From: an uncultured Verrucomicrobiota bacterium
Lineage (GTDB): Bacteria > Verrucomicrobiota > Verrucomicrobiia > Limisphaerales > MWDV01
Assembly (NCBI GenBank): GCA_964371005.1
Contig: CAYJNU010000006.1
Span: forward strand, 1-44,993
DNA length: 44,993 nt
Direction of reading: 5' to 3'
The notes below the pieces were generated by a model that made no database searches, was not told where the DNA came from, and saw only the letters and a program-made list of their open reading frames with translations. The translations under genes and the position numbers were made by a program. Positions 27,491 to 35,609 of this stretch are shown piece by piece. Positions within the stretch are counted from its first letter, which is position 1. Every line of letters starts with the position of its first letter.

Positions 27491-29134
27491 ATGAACGTGA
27501 CCATGGCAAACCCAAGCCTCCCCACAACTCAATACGCCATTCAGCTCGTCGGCCCCGGCCAGCTCAAGCTCAATCCCGCCAAGGAAATCCCCCACCCCGG
27601 CCCGCGCCAGATTCTCGCCAAGGTTGAGTGTGTGGGGCTTTGCTTTTCCGATCTCAAGCTCTTGAAACAGTTCGATCAGCATCCCCGCAAGAGCGGGGTC
27701 GTTCGGGGACTGAGCGCCGAGGACTTGAAGGAGATGCCCAACTACGTTCCCGGCAACAAGCCCACCGTGCCGGGCCACGAGGTCACCTGCCGCATCGTCG
27801 CCGTCGGCGCAGAGGTCAAGCAGCACAAGGTCGGCGAACGCTGCCTCGTGCAGACCGATTACCGCGACCTGCCCACCGCCGGCTCGGCCTCGGCCTTCGG
27901 CTACAACTTCGAGGGCGCACTCCAAGAATACGTCCTGATGGATGAGCGCGTGGTGATTGACAAGTCCGGCGAGCGTTTCCTCATCCCGGTCAACGAGCAA
28001 CTCGCGGCGTCGGCGGTGGCGCTGGTCGAGCCGTGGGCTTGCGTCGAAGATTCCTACGTCACGATCGAACGCCAAGCCATCAAAGCCGGCGGCCGGCTGC
28101 TGATCGTGGCCGACGATCCCACCGGCATTTCCCTCGACGGACTTCCCTACGAAGCGGGCGGCAAACCCGCTGAAGTGCTCCGGAAAACTCCCGCCGAAGC
28201 CAGCACCGTGGCCAACGAGTCGTGTGACGACATCGTTTATTTCGGCGCTGCCAAGGCCACGCTGGAAATGCTCAACGACAAGCTGGCCGCGCGCGGCATC
28301 ATCAACGTTGTCCTCGGAGGCCGGAAGATTGGCGCGCCGGTGAATGTCGGCGTCGGTCGGGTTCACTACGGCATGACGCGCTGGGTCGGGACGACCGGCA
28401 GCAACCCCGCTGACTCGTACAAGAACATCCCGCTCACCGGTGAAATCCGCGAAGGCGACAGCGTCGTTGTCATCGGCGCCGGCGGGCCGATGGGCCAGAT
28501 GCACGTGATCCGCGCCGTCTGCTCGGGCATCAAGAACATCGCCGTCATCGGCACGGACATGGACGACGCGCGGCTCGCCTCCATCCAACGGAAAGCCGAA
28601 CCGTTCGCCGCAGCCAACGGGGTCGCCATGAAAATGGTCAACACAGTCAAGACTCCGCTGAGCGACCGGTTCTCCTATTTCGCGCTGATGGCGCCGGTGC
28701 CTGCGCTTGTCGCCAGCAGCATTCGCGACAGCAAGCCCGGATGCCTCATCAATCTCTTTGCGGGCATCCCTGCCCCGACGAAGCATGAGTTGGATCTGGA
28801 CACTTACATCGCCAACCGCTGTTTTATGTTCGGCACCAGCGGCTCGACCATTCGCGACATGAAGATCGTGTTGCAGAAAGTCACCACCGGGCAACTCAAC
28901 ACCAACTGCTCCGTGGACGCCATCAGCGGCATGGCCGGAGCGACCGAGGGCATTGCGGCGGTGGAGAACCGCACGCTGGCCGGCAAGATCATCGTGTATC
29001 CGATGCTCCACGACATCGGCCTGATTCCGCTCGCGAACCTGCGCCAACCGTTCCCGACGGTCGCCGCCAAGCTGGATCGCGGCCAATGGACAAAGGCCGC
29101 TGAGGACGAACTGCTCCGCGTGGCAGGGAAATAG
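27491..29134 (+). CDS. Zn-dependent medium-chain dehydrogenase, L-sorbose-1-phosphate reductase (SorE)-like
   Basis: GLCFSDLK, PGHE, VEPWAC, GAGGPMG, APVPALV, GTSG; no structural-Zn Cys cluster; 547 aa. Confidence 0.8.
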   Translation: MNVTMANPSLPTTQYAIQLVGPGQLKLNPAKEIPHPGPRQILAKVECVGLCFSDLKLLKQFDQHPRKSGVVRGLSAEDLKEMPNYVPGNKPTVPGHEVTCRIVAVGAEVKQHKVGERCLVQTDYRDLPTAGSASAFGYNFEGALQEYVLMDERVVIDKSGERFLIPVNEQLAASAVALVEPWACVEDSYVTIERQAIKAGGRLLIVADDPTGISLDGLPYEAGGKPAEVLRKTPAEASTVANESCDDIVYFGAAKATLEMLNDKLAARGIINVVLGGRKIGAPVNVGVGRVHYGMTRWVGTTGSNPADSYKNIPLTGEIREGDSVVVIGAGGPMGQMHVIRAVCSGIKNIAVIGTDMDDARLASIQRKAEPFAAANGVAMKMVNTVKTPLSDRFSYFALMAPVPALVASSIRDSKPGCLINLFAGIPAPTKHELDLDTYIANRCFMFGTSGSTIRDMKIVLQKVTTGQLNTNCSVDAISGMAGATEGIAAVENRTLAGKIIVYPMLHDIGLIPLANLRQPFPTVAAKLDRGQWTKAAEDELLRVAGK

Positions 29135-29244
29135 GACCCGTCGAACGCGAAGCCGTGTCTCTTCAGATGGAATCGAGCCCGAGTTCGCGCCTTGGCGCCC
29201 TGCTGCGTCTGGTGACGGGAAGGGCGGGCGTACCCACTGACTGA

Positions 29245-30537
29245 ATGGATATGGCTAAGACTTTCGTCGGTTTCGGCTTCGGCCCCATCCAAAGCGCGCT
29301 CTTCCTTTACGAGGCGTTTCGCTCCGGGAACTTCTCCCGCTTCGTCATTGCCGAGGTGGATGCCGTCATCGTGCATGCAGTCCGCTCGGCGGGAGGCCGC
29401 TACACCATCAACATCGCGCGGCCGGACCGCATCGAGCCAGCCACGATCTCCGGCGTCGAGCTTTACAACCCCGCCGTTCCCGAAGATCGCCAGCAAATAC
29501 TCCAAGCCATTGCCGAGAGCGATGAACTGGCCACGTCGCTCCCCAGCGTCGCTTTCTACGACTCCGGGGGCCACAGCTGCGTGGCGCGCACTCTGGCGGA
29601 TGGCCTTTCCCTCCGAACCGTCCGGCGAACCACCATCATCTACACCGCGGAGAACCATAACCACGCCGCCGAACTCCTGCGCGAATCCATCGCGAAGTAT
29701 TGCCCGCCTGCGGCTCTCCATGACATCCAGTTCCTGAACACTGTTATCGGCAAGATGTCCGGCGTCATCAGCGACGCCGCCACGCTTGCGAAACTGGACC
29801 TTGCCACGATGACGCCCACCACCCCCAAGGCGGTGCTCGTCGAGGAGTTCAACCGCATCCTCATCTCGCGGATTACGCTCCCCGGTTTTTCGCGAGGGAT
29901 CAGCGTCTTCATCGAAAAGCCCGACCTGTTGCCCTTCGAGGAAGCCAAGCTGTACGGACACAACGCCATCCACGCGCTCATCGGTTTCCTGGGCGCGCGC
30001 CGCGGCCTGACCAGCATGTCCGAGGCTGCCGCGCATCCCGACCTCATGGCCACCGCCCGGGCCGCGTTTCTCGATGAATCCGGCGTCGCCCTGATCCGCA
30101 AGCACGCCGCTCTCGGCGATCCCCTCTTCACTCCGGCCGGCTATGCGGCTTACGCCGAAGATTTGCTGGCGCGCATGGTCCGCCCCACGCTCAACGACCT
30201 CATCGCCCGCGTCACCCGCGACCAGGTTCGCAAACTCCGATACGACGACCGCTTCTTCGGCACCATGCGGCTCGCCCTGAGCTGCGACATTCGCCCAACT
30301 CACCTTGCCCGAGGCGCTGCGGCCGCGTTCCTCTCACTGCTGGACCAATGGGATTCGCTCGGCCAGGCCGTCGCGCTCCTGCCGCGTCCAGCGCGGCCCC
30401 TCTCGCGAGAGTCGGTCGGCCAGCTTCTCCGTGCGATCTGGTCCACGAAATCCGGTCCGGAGGCCGCCACCCTCATTGACCTGACTTGGGAAGCTGTATT
30501 GTCCGAGGACGCGTCCGCTGGTTTGGGAAGGGGATGA
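29245..30537 (+). CDS. Mannitol-1-phosphate 5-dehydrogenase-like polyol-specific long-chain dehydrogenase
   Basis: N-terminal GFGFGPI Rossmann motif, TAEN, FLNTVIGKM, VEEF, catalytic KLYGHNAIHA, RVTRD..RKL..DDRF. Confidence 0.78.
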   Translation: MDMAKTFVGFGFGPIQSALFLYEAFRSGNFSRFVIAEVDAVIVHAVRSAGGRYTINIARPDRIEPATISGVELYNPAVPEDRQQILQAIAESDELATSLPSVAFYDSGGHSCVARTLADGLSLRTVRRTTIIYTAENHNHAAELLRESIAKYCPPAALHDIQFLNTVIGKMSGVISDAATLAKLDLATMTPTTPKAVLVEEFNRILISRITLPGFSRGISVFIEKPDLLPFEEAKLYGHNAIHALIGFLGARRGLTSMSEAAAHPDLMATARAAFLDESGVALIRKHAALGDPLFTPAGYAAYAEDLLARMVRPTLNDLIARVTRDQVRKLRYDDRFFGTMRLALSCDIRPTHLARGAAAAFLSLLDQWDSLGQAVALLPRPARPLSRESVGQLLRAIWSTKSGPEAATLIDLTWEAVLSEDASAGLGRG

Positions 30538-30566
30538 CGCTATCGGACTCCGGGGCGCATGCCTTG

Positions 30567-30716
30567 CTTGATGGCCGTGCCGGTCATCTGGCCGGTCAAG
30601 TTGCGGAAGCCTTCCGGGCTGTTCGGGCAATACTTGAGCAACAGGGAATCCAGAATGTCATGCTTGGGTTAAAGCATCGCGACGCTGGAAAGCAGACTGA
30701 AATCAGCCGATAGCAC
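30567..30716 (-). pseudogene. Type I restriction-modification specificity subunit (HsdS) relic
   Basis: Minus strand reads VLSADFSLLSSVAML*PKHDILDSLLLKYCPNSPEGFRNLTGQMTGTAIK, like an HsdS target-recognition domain (FSLLSSVA.LKP...FLKY.LNS......GTAI); in-frame TAA at 30669-30671. Confidence 0.6.
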
Positions 30717-30732
30717 TTCAGCTCATCAGTTG

Positions 30733-30821
30733 GAGGTTCACGGCGTCCCGGCTTTCAACGGCCTGGCCGGATGCAGTAAGCGTCGCGTCCATCTGCTGCC
30801 GGGTTTGTTCCTCGGCGGCAT
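30733..30821 (-). pseudogene. Type I restriction endonuclease R subunit (HsdR) N-terminal relic
   Basis: ATG at 30821, then (after a 1-nt shift) EEQTRQQMDATLTASGQAVESRDAVNL, matching the HsdR start pattern PE..ARQ.ID..L.A.GW.VQ.R...NL. Confidence 0.6.
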
Positions 30822-30871
30822 TTGATTGAATCACGTCCGCGCCGGGCTGGACCGCAGCCTTGCGAATCGCC

Positions 30872-31714
30872 TCAAGCTTGGGCCATCGCCTTTGCCTTCT
30901 CCAGAATCATCGGCTTTGCCTCGTCCATCATATCCTTCAAATCGGCGTAGCGCATGGAACGCTGCTCAAAGCTGCGTTTCTGCATCGCCCCGAGGAAGCG
31001 GCCCTCGAACTCTTTGAAGTAACTGCCGTAGATGTGATAGCTGTCCACCATGTGAACGTAGCGTCCGACAACGACCTGCTTGCCGGACAACTCGGAAATC
31101 CGCGCGGCCATACGCTGCTGAAGTTGCACCAGCGCGAAGATGTTCATGAACGCGGCCTTGTAGGCGTCGTTCGAGCGGAACCGCACGTCCATGCTGAGCA
31201 CCGGCTCACCGTCCTGTTCGAGAATACGACACCAAATGCTCTGCATGCAGGCGGGGTCATAGCAATCGTTGTCCTCCCACACTTTCCAGGTGATGGCCTG
31301 GGCGCGGCGCGTGTGCGGCGTCTTGGCGAGTTTCTGGCACGCGATTTCGATTTGATCGAAGGTTTTGAGGCTCGGCACCTCGTATTTGAACAGACGTTGA
31401 TGATACGTGTATTCCCAGCGCGTGTCCTTGGGGTCATTGGGGTCACGAACCAAGTGATCCTTGATGCCGTCACAAACCTCCATCACATATTCCTGCAACT
31501 CCAGCGGGCCGCCGGGAAAGTCTTTGTGGATCATGGGCTCCATGAGCGGGTCCGTGATGGTGATGATCATCGTGGCGTCCTTGCTGGGCGGATCCTCGGG
31601 CTTGTCGTACTCGGTCTTCAGATTGCAGCCCCGCGCATGCAGTTCGAGTAGCGAGAGTTCCCAGGCGCGCGCGATGCAGTCCGCCTCCACGTGTAGAACA
31701 GGTATGCCTTTCAT
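30872..31714 (-). CDS. thyA: Thymidylate synthase, archaeal/methanogen-type ThyA
   Basis: EYTYHQRL, DQIE, TRRAQAITW, DPACMQ (catalytic Cys), FRSND, FMN (dUMP-specifying Asn), SYHIY; start at ATG 31714, 280 aa. Confidence 0.85.
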   Translation of the reverse strand: MKGIPVLHVEADCIARAWELSLLELHARGCNLKTEYDKPEDPPSKDATMIITITDPLMEPMIHKDFPGGPLELQEYVMEVCDGIKDHLVRDPNDPKDTRWEYTYHQRLFKYEVPSLKTFDQIEIACQKLAKTPHTRRAQAITWKVWEDNDCYDPACMQSIWCRILEQDGEPVLSMDVRFRSNDAYKAAFMNIFALVQLQQRMAARISELSGKQVVVGRYVHMVDSYHIYGSYFKEFEGRFLGAMQKRSFEQRSMRYADLKDMMDEAKPMILEKAKAMAQA

Positions 31715-31934
31715 GATTCGTTGTGCTGATGTTTTGCGACGCAGTGTCCGGCGTGTGGCTGAATCCGCGCACCGCCTGCGCCTGCGGCTACGATTGCGAG
31801 TGCAGCGATCTTTGGCAACACCTTTGCGTGGGGCATTGCTCCCCGCCGGCTCCCCACCCGAGCATCGGCGGAGGCTGGTCGGCCGGAGGCCACGCGGCAT
31901 TGACTTTGTCCGTTGACTCTCGAAAGACTCACTC

Positions 31935-34592
31935 ATGTCAAATTCGCTGTTTGGATTGCGCTGTCTCCTCGCCCTCGTCGGGTTAAGCTGCCTGTCCGCC
32001 TTCCGGGCGAGCGCGACCTGGGTTTGGATCGAAGGCGAGAATCCGGCGATCAACCGGATGAACCGCCATCCGTGGTGGTACGACCAGGTCAAGCGAGACC
32101 AATTCTCTGGCGGGGATTTCATCTCGAATTTCGACAAGGACAAGCCCGGCGAGGCCGAGTACCGTTTTGCCGCTCCGCACGCTGTGGAGTTCGAGTTCTG
32201 GATCCGGGCCAATCCACTGGCAAGCAGACTCTCTTTCTCACTCAACGACGGACCGGAGACATCCATTGACTTGAACAAACCCGACCTGCGCTTTATCGCC
32301 TGGAGCAAGGTGGGCAAGGTGGCCCTGCAAGCCGGGACAAACACGATTCGGTTCCGCATGACCAGCGAGAACAATCACCACGGCTATCTCGATTGCTTCG
32401 TTTTCAGCGAGGAACCCTTTGTCCCGCGCGGGTTGCTGAAGCCTGACCAGTTGGCTGCCGACTCGCAGCGGTTGGCCGTGGAGAACAAGTCCAGGTTCGC
32501 CTTCGATCCCAAGCCGGATGCGTTTGCGGAGACGAGCGCCACCGATCTCCGGTTTCTCAACGAACACTTCGCCGGTGAGAACGGCTTCATCGCGGTCAAG
32601 GACGGCCAGTTCGTCCACTCGGCAACGGGCGAACCGATCCGGTTTTGGGCCGTGAACGGGCCGCCGCACGAACTTACGGGCCCGTCATTGCGCCAGTGCG
32701 CCCGCATGTTGGCCAAGCACGGCGTGAACCTGGTCCGCGTTCACGGCGGGTATTTCAACCGGACGGGCGAGGTGGACCCCGCCAAGGTGAAGCACGCCAT
32801 CGAGATCGTCGAAGCGATGAAAGCCGAGGGGATTTACACGCACTTCTCGATCTACTTTCCCCTTTGGTTGACGCCGGCCCCGAACACGCCCTGGCTGGAG
32901 GGTTATGACGGCAAGAGCAACCCGTTTGCGGCGCTGTTCTTCAACCCTGAGTTCCAGGCACGGTACCGCCAGTGGTGGACCGCGCTGCTCTCCACGCCAA
33001 GCCCGTCCACCGGCAGGACGCTCCTCGAGGAACCGGCGGTGGCCGCCCTGGAAATCCAAAACGAAGACTCGTTGTTCTTCTGGACCTTCTCGGAGGACCG
33101 AATCCCCGACCCGCAGTTGCGCATCCTCGAAAAGTCGTTTGGCGATTGGCTGGTGAAAAAGTACGGCTCGCTGGAGTCGGCGTTGGCAAAATGGAACGGC
33201 CTCAAAGTGAAGCGCGACGCGATCTCCGCCGGGCGCGTCGGGTTTCGGCCGCTCTGGACGATGTTCAACGAGAAGACGCTTCGCGATCAGGACACCGCGC
33301 GCTTCCTGCTGGAGGTTCAAACGCGGTTTTACGAAGCAACCTACGCCTTTCTCCGGAAGCTGGGGTTCAAGGGGCCGATCACCGCATCAAATTGGGCGAC
33401 GGCCAGCCCGGAAGTGCTCGGCCCGTTGGAGAAGCTCAGCTACACCAGCACGGATTTCGTGGATCGCCACGGGTATTTTGGCTGCAACCACAAGGGCGAA
33501 AACGCCGCGTGGTCTTTGCGCAACGACCAAACATATTCTGACCGGAGCGCGCTGCGGTTCGACGCCGAACAACCGGGGCAGCCCAGACAATTCGTACATC
33601 CCGCCATGGACCCACATTATGAGAACAAGCCTTCCATGATCTCCGAAACAACTTGGAACCGACCGAACCGTTTCCGAAGCGAAGCGCCGCTTTACCTGGC
33701 AGCCTACGGCGCGTTGCAGCACAGTGACGGGATCGTGCATTTCGCGCTCGACAGCGGCGACTGGGCGGTGAAACCGAACTTCTGGATGCAGCCGTGGACC
33801 CTCATGTCGCCGGCCATGATGGGCCAGTTTCCGGCGGCGGCACTGATCTTCCGACGAGGGTTGGTGGCGACCGGGAGCGTGCTGGCGGAGATTCGTTTGA
33901 ACAAGGAGGCGCTGCTGCGCCTGGAAGGCACGCCGCTGCCACAAGACGCGGCGCTGGATGAACTCCGGTTGAAAGACCTGCCGCCCGACACCGCAGTCAA
34001 ACCTAGCGCGCGGCTCGATCCACTCTTGCATTACGCAGGCCGGGCGAACGTGAGCTTTGTCTCCGGACCGGCTTCGACCAAAGTCAACGATTTGAAGCCG
34101 CTGATTGACCACGCTCAGCAAACGGTCACGAGCAGCACCGGCGAACTGAAGCTCGACTATGGTCGTGGTGTGCTGCGCATCAACGCCGCCTGCGCCCAAG
34201 GAGTGAGCGGTCGATTGCAGGCCGCCGGACAGATCGAAACCAAAGACCTGATCATCTTGTCAGACATGGAGCTTGGGCACATCGTGGTGGTTTCTCTCGA
34301 CAACAAGCCGCTGGCGGATTCTTCCAAGATGCTGCTCCAGGTGATGTCCGAGGAGAAGTCCACCGGCTTCCAGACCGAGACGGTGGCCGAAAGCATCCAG
34401 CGCATCGTCAACATCGGCACTGATCCCTGGCTCGTGAAGGAACTCAAAGGCACGGTACGTTTCAAGCGCCGCGATGCTACCCAACTCAAGGTCACCGCGC
34501 TGGATGCCAACGGTTATCCTGTAGCGAGCCCGGGCACCGCCGAACAAGTGAGACTCCAACCAACCACGCTGTACTACCTTGTCCGTCGGTGA
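31935..34592 (+). CDS. Secreted clan GH-A glycoside hydrolase (GH5/GH148-like) with N-terminal CBM-like domain
   Basis: Signal peptide; RFWAVN, LAKHGVNLVRVH, EIQNEDSL (acid/base), DRHGYF, KPSMISET (nucleophile). Confidence 0.65.
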   Translation: MSNSLFGLRCLLALVGLSCLSAFRASATWVWIEGENPAINRMNRHPWWYDQVKRDQFSGGDFISNFDKDKPGEAEYRFAAPHAVEFEFWIRANPLASRLSFSLNDGPETSIDLNKPDLRFIAWSKVGKVALQAGTNTIRFRMTSENNHHGYLDCFVFSEEPFVPRGLLKPDQLAADSQRLAVENKSRFAFDPKPDAFAETSATDLRFLNEHFAGENGFIAVKDGQFVHSATGEPIRFWAVNGPPHELTGPSLRQCARMLAKHGVNLVRVHGGYFNRTGEVDPAKVKHAIEIVEAMKAEGIYTHFSIYFPLWLTPAPNTPWLEGYDGKSNPFAALFFNPEFQARYRQWWTALLSTPSPSTGRTLLEEPAVAALEIQNEDSLFFWTFSEDRIPDPQLRILEKSFGDWLVKKYGSLESALAKWNGLKVKRDAISAGRVGFRPLWTMFNEKTLRDQDTARFLLEVQTRFYEATYAFLRKLGFKGPITASNWATASPEVLGPLEKLSYTSTDFVDRHGYFGCNHKGENAAWSLRNDQTYSDRSALRFDAEQPGQPRQFVHPAMDPHYENKPSMISETTWNRPNRFRSEAPLYLAAYGALQHSDGIVHFALDSGDWAVKPNFWMQPWTLMSPAMMGQFPAAALIFRRGLVATGSVLAEIRLNKEALLRLEGTPLPQDAALDELRLKDLPPDTAVKPSARLDPLLHYAGRANVSFVSGPASTKVNDLKPLIDHAQQTVTSSTGELKLDYGRGVLRINAACAQGVSGRLQAAGQIETKDLIILSDMELGHIVVVSLDNKPLADSSKMLLQVMSEEKSTGFQTETVAESIQRIVNIGTDPWLVKELKGTVRFKRRDATQLKVTALDANGYPVASPGTAEQVRLQPTTLYYLVRR

Positions 34593-34746
34593 TGATCTGG
34601 CGGTTGCACCAGCGTTGGTTCAGGACACGCCTATCGTCTTTCCTTCGGCCAGGCAGACTCGCGACGGCGAGCTCATTCCCGCTCAATCCCGCGTTGCCTT
34701 TCTCGCCGGGGCCGGTAGGCTGCGCTTGGCAGCGAACTGAACGGGT

Positions 34747-35526
34747 ATGGACAAGCAGATTTGGATCATTGCAGGTATCATCACAACGGTTTTCCTGGTG
34801 GGCGTGCTGGCGTTGACGTCCGTTTCAAAAACCAGGCAGGCAGCGCAGGCCCGAATGGAACTCGCCGAAGCCCGGGCCACCGCTGCACGTGCCGAGGCGG
34901 CGATGAAGGATTTGAAGAATCAACTTGCAGAGGGAGCCGCCCGCATTGAGGAACTTGAGCAGGAAAAGGAAGCCGTCACGCAATCGCGCCAGAGTCTGGA
35001 GGACGAGATGCGCGCGGCGCTGGAATCGCGCGATGTCACCATCTCCCAATTGCAGGGAAAGCTGACGGTGAACATTCTGGATCGCGTGTTGTTCGACTCC
35101 GGCGAAGCACAGTTGCGGACGGATGGCGAAGCGGTGTTGCTGAAAGTCGCGGCGGTTCTCGCCCAGCATCCGAACCTCCAGATCCACGTTGTGGGGCACA
35201 CCGACAACGTGCCGATCCGGGCCACCGCCCGCAGCCGGTTTCCGAGCAATTGGGAGCTTTCCACCGCCCGGGCCTCGGCGGCGGTGCGGTTTCTCACCGA
35301 GAAGGGCGGAGTGGATCCACGGCGTTTGGGCGTGGTGGGTTATGGTGAATTCCGTCCGCTGGCCGATAACAGCACCGCCGAAGGCCGCGGCCGAAACCGC
35401 CGGATCGCGATCACGATCCTGTCCGAAGAACTCGCGGGTGCAGACACCGCAGTTCACGTGAGCACGAACGCGCCGTCCTCCTCTGCACTGCCCACCTCTG
35501 CCCCGACCGGGCCGGTAGATCCCTAG
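34747..35526 (+). CDS. OmpA/MotB-family peptidoglycan-binding protein with N-terminal TM helix and coiled coil
   Basis: VLFDSGEA, VGHTDNVPI, NWELSTARA, GYGEFRP, NRRIAI. Confidence 0.88.
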   Translation: MDKQIWIIAGIITTVFLVGVLALTSVSKTRQAAQARMELAEARATAARAEAAMKDLKNQLAEGAARIEELEQEKEAVTQSRQSLEDEMRAALESRDVTISQLQGKLTVNILDRVLFDSGEAQLRTDGEAVLLKVAAVLAQHPNLQIHVVGHTDNVPIRATARSRFPSNWELSTARASAAVRFLTEKGGVDPRRLGVVGYGEFRPLADNSTAEGRGRNRRIAITILSEELAGADTAVHVSTNAPSSSALPTSAPTGPVDP

Positions 35527-35609
35527 CCGTTGGACGCCGGAGCCAACCCAGCAGTGGCGCTCGGCCGAGTCTCCGCCTTGATGCAGTGGAGAGCCCGGTC
35601 TCCGGCTGA

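Noticed and set aside
26382-30303. Minus-strand ORFs of 381, 536 and 499 aa
   Set aside because: Shadows of the SDR, MDR and MtlD-like genes
31765-31810. Hexamer-periodic stretch (reads RLRLRLRLR) between thyA and the glycosidase
   Set aside because: Too short and degenerate to call a repeat element without genome-wide counts
31715-32374. 220-aa N-terminal extension of thyA in the ORF track
   Set aside because: Overlaps the divergent glycosidase gene; thymidylate synthase similarity starts at ATG 31714
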